Virus record (IMG/VR): IMGVR_UViG_3300042553_000685
Source of the DNA: a virus
Strand: one strand, 5' to 3'
DNA length: 64,000 bases
The position numbers and the translations under genes are program-made. The notes under the pieces were generated by a model. The model ran no database searches, was not told the origin of the DNA, and saw nothing but the letters and a program-made list of their open reading frames with translations. Shown piece after piece: positions 37,252-45,200 of this stretch. Numbering within the stretch: position 1 is the first letter of the stretch; every line of letters begins with the position of its first letter.

Positions 37252-37878
37252 TTAGTATCTCCAGCGGGGCCCCTTCTTTCCTCCTGCTCTCCACCCCTTC
37301 GTTAACCCTAGGTGCGTGAAGCCTCTCCCACTCTGGGCCCCCCACCCCAGCGGCCCGTACCAATGCTCGTCTAACCACCTCTCGAACTCGATTAGCTCGG
37401 CGGGGTCTATGGACGCTATGTCTACCGCTAGCCCCTCTATATGCTGACTATTATCCACTCCTCCTACTGCCCTGTTAATCGCGAGGGGCCTATACCAACT
37501 CGTTACTATAATGAGCTTACCCCACTCCTCCCTTATCTTATCTAACTCCTTAGCTAGTCTCACTATATTGTCCTGGATGACCTTACTCGTTGGTATGCGC
37601 GCCGCCTGCCGCTTCGTTACCTCCCTCACAGTAAAGTACTTGCTTACCTTACTCGTCATATTTGTCCAGTCTATCTCCTCTAGTAATAGACCTATAGAAC
37701 CCGGCCCTATTAACCCCGGTTCCCCCATACCCTTACTCCTCTTCCAGTCCTCCCAGGCCTTCCTCGTCATTGGCCCCATTATTCCTGTCTGCTGTATCCC
37801 TAGCCTCCTCTGTAATTCTATTACCTGTATCTCACTCAACTTCTCTATACTAACCGCTCCCTTGATGTCCTTTAACAT
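37252..37878 (-). CDS. Endolysin: PG_binding_1-like N-domain + M15 zinc peptidase domain
   Basis: SWYRPLAINRAVGGVDNSQHIEGLAVDI is an M15 signature. I moved the start to ATG 37878 (MLKDIKGAVSIEKLSEIQVIELQRRLG, GGAGG 7 nt upstream) because it parallels the N-terminus of the neighbouring endolysin. The track start 38001 runs into a 70-bp repeat. Confidence 0.8.
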   Translation of the reverse strand: MLKDIKGAVSIEKLSEIQVIELQRRLGIQQTGIMGPMTRKAWEDWKRSKGMGEPGLIGPGSIGLLLEEIDWTNMTSKVSKYFTVREVTKRQAARIPTSKVIQDNIVRLAKELDKIREEWGKLIIVTSWYRPLAINRAVGGVDNSQHIEGLAVDIASIDPAELIEFERWLDEHWYGPLGWGAQSGRGFTHLGLTKGWRAGGKKGPRWRY

Positions 37879-37933
37879 ACCATTACCTCCTATATAACTG
37901 CTCCATACTGCCACACCTCTACAGCTTATTACT

Positions 37934-38003
37934 GAGCTCTTAGATTCTTGATATTTGCTGGCGGTATTTTGGTCTATTATAAGGTATACCCCCTCCCCCA
38001 CCC
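37934..38003. repeat. 70-bp direct repeat, copy 1
   Basis: gagctcttagattcttgatatttgctggcggtattttggtctattataaggtataccccctcccccaccc. Confidence 0.9.
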
Positions 38004-38043
38004 TCCTGCTGGCGGTATTAAACTATATACGTATTAATACCTA

Positions 38044-38113
38044 GAGCTCCTAGATTCTGGATATTTGCTGGCGGTATTTTGGTGTATTATAGGGTATACC
38101 CCCTCCCCCACCC
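38044..38113. repeat. 70-bp direct repeat, copy 2
   Basis: gagctcctagattctggatatttgctggcggtattttggtgtattatagggtataccccctcccccaccc. It has 4 mismatches to copy 1, a 110-bp period, and a partial third ctgctggcggtatta at 38007-38021. Confidence 0.9.
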
Positions 38114-38208
38114 AGGGGCTATCCATTTCAACTAATATAGGGATGCTCGATCCTCTTGGGTATTGGTATCACCTGCTTCAAGTAGATGGTGGTATGGCAT
38201 TAATAATA

Positions 38209-38260
38209 GGGCCTGCGGGCCCCTTTTTCCTTCTGGTGAATTTTAATCCTAGGAGGATAC
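38209..38260 (+). promoter_or_regulatory. Early cassette A (hairpin + TTTTTCC-TTCTGGTGA...TTTTAATCCTAGGAGG)
   Basis: gggcctgcgggccc ctttttccttctggtgaattttaatcctaggaggatac ATG(38261). Confidence 0.6.
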
Positions 38261-38599
38261 ATGATCTACAAACATTTGCCACGAGAATTTGACTACGCCT
38301 ACCGTGGTCATACTCACACCGACCTCGATTGGGGTCGGTGTGGCGAAGTTCTTTACGCCAGCCGCAGTCTGGCAGTGGCCAAGGACTTCGCTCGTGGAGG
38401 GCATGGGGCTGTGCTCATTCTCGCCTTCGACGGCGACGTCGAAGGCGACCGACCTTGGTGGTACGTAGAGGATGACCCCTCCTACTACGACGAAGTAGTC
38501 CTTCCGACCAGACTATGCGTCTGGTCTAAGTTAGTAATATTCGGCGGTGAGATCATCGCCGAACCAGTGATTAACTGGAACCCAGGTTATACCAAGTAA
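38261..38599 (+). CDS. Early protein, unknown; weak R-S-E (ADP-ribosyltransferase-like) motif pattern
   Basis: 112 codons with a cassette and SD upstream. YAYRGHT ... LYASRSLAVAKDF ... YYDEVVLP occur in ART-like order. Confidence 0.6.
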   Translation: MIYKHLPREFDYAYRGHTHTDLDWGRCGEVLYASRSLAVAKDFARGGHGAVLILAFDGDVEGDRPWWYVEDDPSYYDEVVLPTRLCVWSKLVIFGGEIIAEPVINWNPGYTK

Positions 38600-38613
38600 C
38601 CTGGGGTAATTTA

Positions 38614-38669
38614 GGGAGTGTAATGCTCCCTTTTTCCTCGTAGTGAACCTTATCTCTAAGGAGGAGATT
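38614..38669 (+). promoter_or_regulatory. Early cassette B
   Basis: gggagtgtaatgctccc tttttcctcgtagtgaaccttatctctaaggaggagatt ATG(38670). Confidence 0.6.
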
Positions 38670-38993
38670 ATGCTTTACGTTTTGAACTCTTTTCCCAATT
38701 CTTTGTACCCCACCACGCCGGGTGGGGTTATAACCAGCACTTGTATTTCAGAGGAAGAGGCCCGCGCTCTCCTCTCCATTACTGACTGGACAAGTGCTAT
38801 AGGGCACCTCTCTACGGCGGAGCTACTCTCCGCCCGTCTCGGAGTAACCGTACCCGATTCACGGGTACAGGTGCCCCCAGGGGCCGAGTATATTGTATGT
38901 TTATTTGTCAGCCCTCGGCGGCTGGCAGAAGGAGAACGATGGACGGAGGAGGATATACTCCAGTTCGACATCAACTACATCCTTGTTAAATAG
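38670..38993 (+). CDS. STIV B116-like (DUF1874-type) protein
   Basis: MLYVLNSFPNSL...TSAIGHLSTAELLSARLGV...SRVQV... matches my memory of the B116 family (NAFSINML ... AIGH.ST ... NR). I prefer ATG 38670 with AAGGAGG over the track's GTG at 38643. Confidence 0.55.
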   Translation: MLYVLNSFPNSLYPTTPGGVITSTCISEEEARALLSITDWTSAIGHLSTAELLSARLGVTVPDSRVQVPPGAEYIVCLFVSPRRLAEGERWTEEDILQFDINYILVK

Positions 38994-39002
38994 TTGATAG
39001 AA

Positions 39003-39055
39003 GGGGCACAGTGCCCCCTTTTCTTCTAGTGATCTTTATACCCAAGGAGGGTATT
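39003..39055 (+). promoter_or_regulatory. Early cassette C
   Basis: ggggcacagtgcccc cttttcttctagtgatctttatacccaaggagggtatt ATG(39056). Confidence 0.6.
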
Positions 39056-39190
39056 ATGAATACTAAACTATCAATTGTTATTGCTGTCAGTGCCGTTTTA
39101 CTAACATGCTCTGCCATCATTGGTGGAGTATACGTAGGCATTTGTCACAGTAACTACCCCGTGACGGCGTGCGAGGTAGACAAAGAGTAG
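39056..39190 (+). CDS. Small membrane peptide (44 aa), paralog 1
   Basis: MNTKLSIVIAVSAVLLTCSAIIGGVYVGICHSNYPVTACEVDKE. Below the ORF-track size cut-off. Has its own cassette and SD. Confidence 0.6.
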   Translation: MNTKLSIVIAVSAVLLTCSAIIGGVYVGICHSNYPVTACEVDKE

Positions 39191-39197
39191 TAGTTAA

Positions 39198-39253
39198 GGG
39201 GCCTGGGTGAGGCCCCTTTTTCCTTCTAGTGATCTATAACCCTAGGAGGGATT
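39198..39253 (+). promoter_or_regulatory. Early cassette D
   Basis: ggggcctgggtgaggcccc tttttccttctagtgatctataaccctaggagggatt ATG(39254). Confidence 0.6.
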
Positions 39254-39388
39254 ATGAAATACACATTATCTTACATAGCAGCTATTGCGGTAATTCTTGG
39301 CACATGCGGTGCCATCATTGGTGGAGTATACCATGAGGCCTGTTATGGGCCTCTACCTACCTCACTATGTAAGGTAGACAAAGAGTAG
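39254..39388 (+). CDS. Small membrane peptide (44 aa), paralog 2
   Basis: MKYTLSYIAAIAVILGTCGAIIGGVYHEACYGPLPTSLCKVDKE. Shares ..C.AIIGGVY...C......C.VDKE with paralog 1. Confidence 0.6.
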   Translation: MKYTLSYIAAIAVILGTCGAIIGGVYHEACYGPLPTSLCKVDKE

Positions 39389-39395
39389 TAGTTAA

Positions 39396-39451
39396 GGGGC
39401 CTGGGCAGGCCCCTTTTTCCTTCTAGTAGTTTATAATCCTAGGAGTACATC
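39396..39451 (+). promoter_or_regulatory. Early cassette E
   Basis: ggggcctgggcaggcccc tttttccttctagtagtttataatcctaggagtacatc ATG(39452). Confidence 0.6.
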
Positions 39452-39967
39452 ATGAATGGTCTACAAATGGAGAAAGTAGTGTTGCGTGTGATTGAAGAAT
39501 TAGGTTTTAAATGTCCCAAGCCCCGTGAGGTATGGGGGGAGGGTTACTTGTATAACGCCGCCCATGAGCTCGCGAATAAGCATCTAGAGCTCAACTCCCG
39601 AGGCGGTGTCCTTCGTCGTCTCGTCCCCACTGATGATTGGGGAGTCCTAGACCGGGTATACAAGGTGGACGTAATAGTCCGCCAGTATACTGGGGAATTA
39701 TGGGCTCTTCAGCTTACTACCGATGCCGAGGCGGTATATAAGAAGCTGGGCCAGCTTTATAGTACCGATAGTCTTCGTCTGGCTGTTGGCATCGCCAAGA
39801 CCTGCTTGGTGGAGATTAAACCCCCTCAGCCTACCTGGGAGGGGCTCGGCCTGACTAGCCGGGTGGACCGGGATCAAGTAGAGGAGTGCCTCTATGAAAT
39901 GTTCGAGACAGTAGAAAAGAGTGACAAGCTCTTTCACTACCAGCTAGACCTAAGCTGGTTAAAGTAA
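39452..39967 (+). CDS. Early protein, unknown
   Basis: 171-codon ORF with a cassette upstream. Confidence 0.65.
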   Translation: MNGLQMEKVVLRVIEELGFKCPKPREVWGEGYLYNAAHELANKHLELNSRGGVLRRLVPTDDWGVLDRVYKVDVIVRQYTGELWALQLTTDAEAVYKKLGQLYSTDSLRLAVGIAKTCLVEIKPPQPTWEGLGLTSRVDRDQVEECLYEMFETVEKSDKLFHYQLDLSWLK

Positions 39968-40017
39968 TTTAAGAGTATAGGCAAATCCTCAGAGTAAATG
40001 GGATGCCTACGCTACCT

Positions 40018-40082
40018 GAGTGGAGTCACGGCTGTGGTTCCACTCGCTTGATTACATAGACGCTAAGTGCATCTATGTAATC
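40018..40082 (+). ncRNA. Two strong hairpins in a 180-nt ORF-free spacer (candidate small RNA or processing site)
   Basis: gagtgga(40018-24) pairs with tccactc(40039-45). gattacataga(40050-60) pairs with tctatgtaatc(40072-82). Confidence 0.3.
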
Positions 40083-40093
40083 AATTAATACTC

Positions 40094-40149
40094 AGGAGGG
40101 CCCACTCCCCTTTTCTTTCTAGTGAATATTTACTCTAGGAGGTAAATCC
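40094..40149 (+). promoter_or_regulatory. Early cassette F
   Basis: ggagggcccactcccc ttttctttctagtgaatatttactctaggaggtaaatcc ATG(40150). Confidence 0.55.
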
Positions 40150-40299
40150 ATGTCCCCTTATCACACTTATCTTCAATTAAATCATCAAACGATTCAACTC
40201 CGGTCCGTAGATGGGCCAGCATGTCATCTAGACCTGGATGGTCACCGCTGGTATGTTCTACCAGATGGTGACTTCGAGATCATCACTCTAATAGACTAA
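40150..40299 (+). CDS. Small early protein (49 aa)
   Basis: MSPYHTYLQLNHQTIQLRSVDGPACHLDLDGHRWYVLPDGDFEIITLID. Has a cassette and SD upstream. Below the ORF-track cut-off. Confidence 0.55.
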   Translation: MSPYHTYLQLNHQTIQLRSVDGPACHLDLDGHRWYVLPDGDFEIITLID

Positions 40300-40306
40300 C
40301 ACTATA

Positions 40307-40361
40307 GGGGGCTATATGCTCCCCTTTTTCCTTCTGGTGAATTTTAGTCCCAGGAGGACAC
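40307..40361 (+). promoter_or_regulatory. Early cassette G
   Basis: gggggctatatgctcccc tttttccttctggtgaattttagtcccaggaggacac ATG(40362). Confidence 0.6.
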
Positions 40362-41120
40362 ATGTACAAAATCCTAGCAACGTCAATCTACGCCGCACTA
40401 CAGGCAGCAGGCATCTACGTCCACCCAACGACGTGGGCGTTCATCTCGTACTATTTCATGGGCGGTTCCCAACCCCCAACCCTCTCTGAGGCCGACATCG
40501 CTGAGACACGCGACGCGGTAATACGAAACCTCAAGGCTCGTCTTAAGGACGAAGAAATGAGCCGCCGCTCTCTAGTTACTTTCGTGGACATAAATATAGA
40601 AAACGGTTGGTGGTCTTCTTTAAAGGGGGCCATCGGTAACTTCAACTACCGCATTTTGGCGGTAGGTCCCGACACGATTAAGGTGGAGTGTCGTGACACG
40701 TGGGACTTCAATCCCAACTCCCATTACATAGAGCTACCCTGTTCGCCTCGTTTAGCGAGTGCAATATCTTCTCTGGCTAAGAAGGTAGGTATAGAGGTCT
40801 TCTACAATAAAAATAAAAGAGAGCTAATTTTCTGTGAAAAGGATCTGGTCAAGCTCAATCCTGGTCGCGCCTTCACGACCGTGTGGAAAGTAGAGGTCCC
40901 CACAGCGGAGGTAATTCCTGAGTGGGCTACTTACTGGGAGGTGGCTACCTGGAATGAAGGTAACTATGCCTTCATTCGGCCTCTCAAGTACGTACCCTTA
41001 CCCCTCTGCCGCTACCAGCGGGGTAATGGAGTTTATGTTGGACGGGACTACCATCCCGACATCGATTACGTGTCGATGTTAGAAGCAGGTTGGGCTCCCG
41101 CTGTAGATTTACCTGAATAA
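40362..41120 (+). CDS. Early protein, unknown
   Basis: 252-codon ORF with a cassette upstream. Confidence 0.65.
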   Translation: MYKILATSIYAALQAAGIYVHPTTWAFISYYFMGGSQPPTLSEADIAETRDAVIRNLKARLKDEEMSRRSLVTFVDINIENGWWSSLKGAIGNFNYRILAVGPDTIKVECRDTWDFNPNSHYIELPCSPRLASAISSLAKKVGIEVFYNKNKRELIFCEKDLVKLNPGRAFTTVWKVEVPTAEVIPEWATYWEVATWNEGNYAFIRPLKYVPLPLCRYQRGNGVYVGRDYHPDIDYVSMLEAGWAPAVDLPE

Positions 41121-41146
41121 TTAAACATTTATTCTAGGAGGTAAAT

Positions 41147-41251
41147 TCAGCATCGGTCTGTAAATGGGCCGGCATGTCATCTAGACCTCAATGGTCATCG
41201 CTGGTATGTTGCACCAGATGGTGATTTGGAGATTATTACTCTAATAGGGTA
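41147..41251 (+). pseudogene. 5'-truncated duplicate of the 40150..40299 gene
   Basis: aggaggtaaattcagcatcggtctgtaaatgggccggcatgtcatctagacctcaatggtcatcgctggtatgtt... would encode RSVNGPACHLDLNGHRWYVAPDGDLEIITLIG. The ATG and first ~17 codons are missing. Confidence 0.6.
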
Positions 41252-41366
41252 ATGCTATGGGCCCGTCTCTACTTCTTATTCAAGATAGAGGCGGGCCCCT
41301 CGTCTCTAAATGATAGCGCCTTAAAAAGAAGAGGAATGAAGTTCAGCACCTGAGTTCGTTAAGTAC

Positions 41367-41419
41367 GCCAGCAATTGGCCCCTTTTCTTTTAGTAGTCCT
41401 ATACACCCAAGTATACACA
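41367..41419 (+). promoter_or_regulatory. Early cassette H (degenerate, no SD)
   Basis: gccagcaattggcccc ttttcttttagtagtcctatacacccaagtatacaca ATG(41420). Confidence 0.45.
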
Positions 41420-42157
41420 ATGAGAAACAACAACAACAACGACAACCAGGCCTCTAATCAAGCCTCTAACCAAGCCTCTAACTCCAAAAGCTACGTATTT
41501 ACCCTTAACGTAAGTCGCACTGCCAGCACTAAGTCTGGCGTTCTTGCTTACGTGCACAATGGTGCTATCAAGCGCCGCCTGGATGGGTCTAGCTACTGGC
41601 TGGAGTTCCGGCTGATATCCATTAAGAACGGGGAGGTACCTCTCACTACCTCCGATGGTCGTAGTTTATGTACGTCCGAGTTTGTAAAGCTTCTCTCTGG
41701 AGACGCTAGCGATGACGTGATAATGTCTGTAGAGTTATCTACAGATTTCGAAGACGGGTGGGATAGCTCGTGGGGATGTGTAAAAGTTAGCTTCAACGCA
41801 GAAGACCTCCGCGTTGGGCGCGAAACAGAGTACAAGGGCACAATAACCCAGTACCTTCACCTTGAAGGTGCGGAAATCCAACTTCATCGGGAAGTTGTCC
41901 GTCCGAAAATAGACCCGTCTATACTAGATGGGTTTGAAAGTATCGCAAAGCCTAACGTAGTAACTGCGGAACAGTTACATAGTAAAGCGGCCGCCCGCAA
42001 ACGCAAACGGGAGGCTGCTAAGGCTGCACGAGATGCTGCAGCAATAGTATCTAAGCCAGGTACTGTTGTTGAGTCAGTAGTAGCGTCTAATGATACTGAT
42101 ACTGATTGGGAAGTGCCGGCTGCCCTATCCGTCGACATCGACTATATACTTGACTAA
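41420..42157 (+). CDS. Early protein with N/Q-rich N-terminus and basic Ala-rich tail
   Basis: I prefer ATG 41420 (MRNNNNNDNQASNQ...) after the cassette. The C-terminus has AAARKRKREAAKAARDAAA. Confidence 0.6.
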   Translation: MRNNNNNDNQASNQASNQASNSKSYVFTLNVSRTASTKSGVLAYVHNGAIKRRLDGSSYWLEFRLISIKNGEVPLTTSDGRSLCTSEFVKLLSGDASDDVIMSVELSTDFEDGWDSSWGCVKVSFNAEDLRVGRETEYKGTITQYLHLEGAEIQLHREVVRPKIDPSILDGFESIAKPNVVTAEQLHSKAAARKRKREAAKAARDAAAIVSKPGTVVESVVASNDTDTDWEVPAALSVDIDYILD

Positions 42158-42162
42158 TAAAA

Positions 42163-42215
42163 GGGGCCCTGCTTGGGCCCCTTTTTCCTTTAGTGGCTAT
42201 ATATTACCACTAACC
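42163..42215 (+). promoter_or_regulatory. Early cassette I
   Basis: ggggccctgcttgggcccc tttttcctttagtggctatatattaccactaacc ATG(42216). Confidence 0.55.
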
Positions 42216-45200
42216 ATGAATACCATCAACTCTATCGTCTTCCAATCCAATGTTCTCGTAGCCTCTATCGGCGCCGTTATCGCAAACACTCGTGTTACTA
42301 CACGACGTGTAGGCCCTGGTCGCCGTGCTCAGCAGATAGCAAGCCGCCGCGCTAATCGCGTAGTACGCCGTCGCTCTCGTCGTATTGCGTCGGCTGGTCG
42401 TCCTATCCGCTCCTTACCTCAAAGCCAACGCCCCTGCGTTGTAAAATCGGCACGACGTACGCTACGTCGTGCCGCAGCTGCCACAGTCTTAGCCGCTCGC
42501 AAACCCGTGTTACGTAACCGTAACGTCGTAGACAAACTTATCTTACGACAACGTAAGGCCAAACCTATAATGCGCGCTGTCAGCGCAGTATTTGCGCGTC
42601 CCTCGCGTCCTACTAACACCGGCACCGGCACTAAAGCCGTTGCTACCGTAGTTAATAATGCTGCTGGTAGTATTATCGCTGCCCTCGACCAAGGGCGCCT
42701 AAACTATCGTGGCAACGGCCGCACATGTGTGGGCAAGAAGTACAAAACTAAAAACGCTAAAGCCGTTTTAGCGATAGCTAAAGCTGCTAAAGCTACTGAT
42801 AAAGCAGCACGCGTTAAACGCTGTATGAGCGTTGTAGTACCAGAATTACCAAGTGATGTACTGGCTTGCCGCATGAGAGTCGTAGGCAAACTATGCGGTG
42901 TGACCTTTGTACAAGGGGACATAGCGTCTTATTGTGACAATGTCGTTACTATACCTTCATTCGAAGATATATACGCGATAACTCACGAGCTTGTCCACCA
43001 CTGCCAAGCTCTAGGTCTTACTGAAGACCTAGATATAGCTCTGGTGTCTGAGGCCGCTATTGGCGCGGGCTCGGCTCAATGGCATGACACTAAATCGTTC
43101 TACGAAGGTACTGAGCATGAGAATGATGAATACGAAGCAGCTCTGCTTATGTACGACCCGGCGTTAGTGGCCCGCCTCTTATGCACTCACTACCTCATGA
43201 CCGCGTTTGTAGAAAGCGGGGCACCTGGTCCTGATGATACATGGATGGATGTGGTAGATAGTTTAGATCCTGCGATTTGTCGTGAAGTCGTAGGTCTCGA
43301 TGATCGCGTACTCGATTATAAAACCTATGGCGAATATGCTGAAGCCGTTGGATATGATGACACTAATACGTTATTAGACTGGGAATTTGTCTTTAACAAT
43401 AGTGTCAACAACGATAATGCTGTTGCGCTAACCATTCAAGCAATTGATGGTCTTATTGGTGCGGCGCCCGCAGCAGTAACTCCTACCCACCCGCTCTCTA
43501 ACATAGGAGCCCCTACTAAGGGGTTAGAGAGTGATAGCTCCTCTAACAATACCACCAACACTAGCACTACCATGAAGAGCATTATCGAGATGTTAATTCC
43601 TGACCCTAGTACTCTCGGTGGAGCCGTGTCTCCTAAGCAGGAGGCGCGCATTACGGGAGCTCGTAAAGAGTTAACCCGCTTGTTTGGGGCTAATAACTTC
43701 GACCTTCTGCCTGAAGGTCCGATTCTCTATGTCGTATCTGGTTACAACCGTATGTGTAAGAAGTTCCTTGCGCTTCTAGACCATCGGGTTGTTTACACCA
43801 CGGATTCTAAAATGAATCCTAAGGTCATTAACTTAGGTGTAACTAAGTCTATTCCCTATGAAGACGACAAGCATACCTATACTACTAAGACCGAATGCTT
43901 AGTTAGCATGTATAGTGAGCACTTCCTCACTAAATTAGCCACGTGGTCTGGTGATGACCTGGCCGCTCTTGTAGGCTGCCTGTGTATTAAACAACACCGT
44001 ATTGTTAGTGTTGAGGGCCCCTGTGTTGTCATCAAGGGTAATAACCGTAACACTACTTTCAACTTTAGTACAGGTACCGTCAATGACGGCCGTCAGAGTC
44101 GCATCGCTAATGAGCTAGTTAAAGTAGGAGGCAAAGACTACAGTGGTCGTGTAGCCCTTGTAGCGCTCTGTATGAAGGTAGTGTATAACGCTACTGGTGC
44201 GCGTGCTATCCTCAATGAGGTAACTAACCTATGGCGCGAGGACATCAACTACGGCGCTCAGCCTAAAGAGGGTCAATCTCTATTTGAGATTAATCGCTGT
44301 ATGTCCCGTCCTGTTGTTTTCAAGCCTTGGGATAAGGCCTTCCCGTTCCTGCAAGTGGAGAACGTTGGCCTCGCACCCAGCGATCTTGAATTGTCGCTCA
44401 AAGCCGGTGTCATAGCAGCACCTGATAAATACAATTCAAAATGGATCGCTGTAGGTAAGGGTGCCAAGGCCATGTTCCTCGGACTTAAGGATAGTAAGAT
44501 ATACTCCATCCATGACTTCAGCAAGCCCACTAAGGTATACAACCGTCCACCTAGCTCGGGTAAATACACCCGTGCTGAGGTGGTAGGTCGTCATGATAGC
44601 CTACTTCGCGTTGATTTAGGTGATGGTAGCTATAGTTGTGGTGGTGGCCTCTATCTACGCACCGCATTCACCAATAGCCGCTTTGGCTTTGGCAGTGGTG
44701 TTGCTGCTATACGCCGCGACCTTGAGTTCGAATACACCGTACCGAAGACCATTACTAAGGAGTTTCACGTACTCCGTATTCCTAGCGAAGTCCGCGCTCT
44801 TATGGCTGCTGATCTAGATGACCCTATGAGTAAACTCATGGAAGTCATCGAAGGCAAAATAGAGAAGGCAAAGGGGCAGGTCTATGCTCCTGGTAACCCT
44901 ATCATTAGCATTATGCGGGGCAAGTACTGCATAGTGAAGAACGAGACATTCGCGCAGGACATCCGCGTAATAGGCGGGACTGTCACGCGTAATGGCGTCG
45001 AGGGCCGCGCTGATAGCGTCACTATTCGACTTGAGACTGAGATGGTAGGGCGCGACCAAGCCCTCAAACTCCGCGGTCTAGGTAAGAAGCTTACCACTCT
45101 TCCCTATGACGTTGAGGGACTATCTCAACCCTGGGATATCATCCTAAATAACGAGACCACCAAGGGATGGCCCGCGCTCATAGAGATGTTCGCCATTGAG

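Noticed and set aside
38065-38292. ORF 38065..38292 (+), together with the 5' extensions of ORFs 37252..38001, 38643.., 41375.. and 42090...
   Set aside because: They run through the 70-bp repeats or through the hairpin/cassette units. ATG codons with SD directly after each cassette give better starts, and the endolysin N-termini align only from M42.
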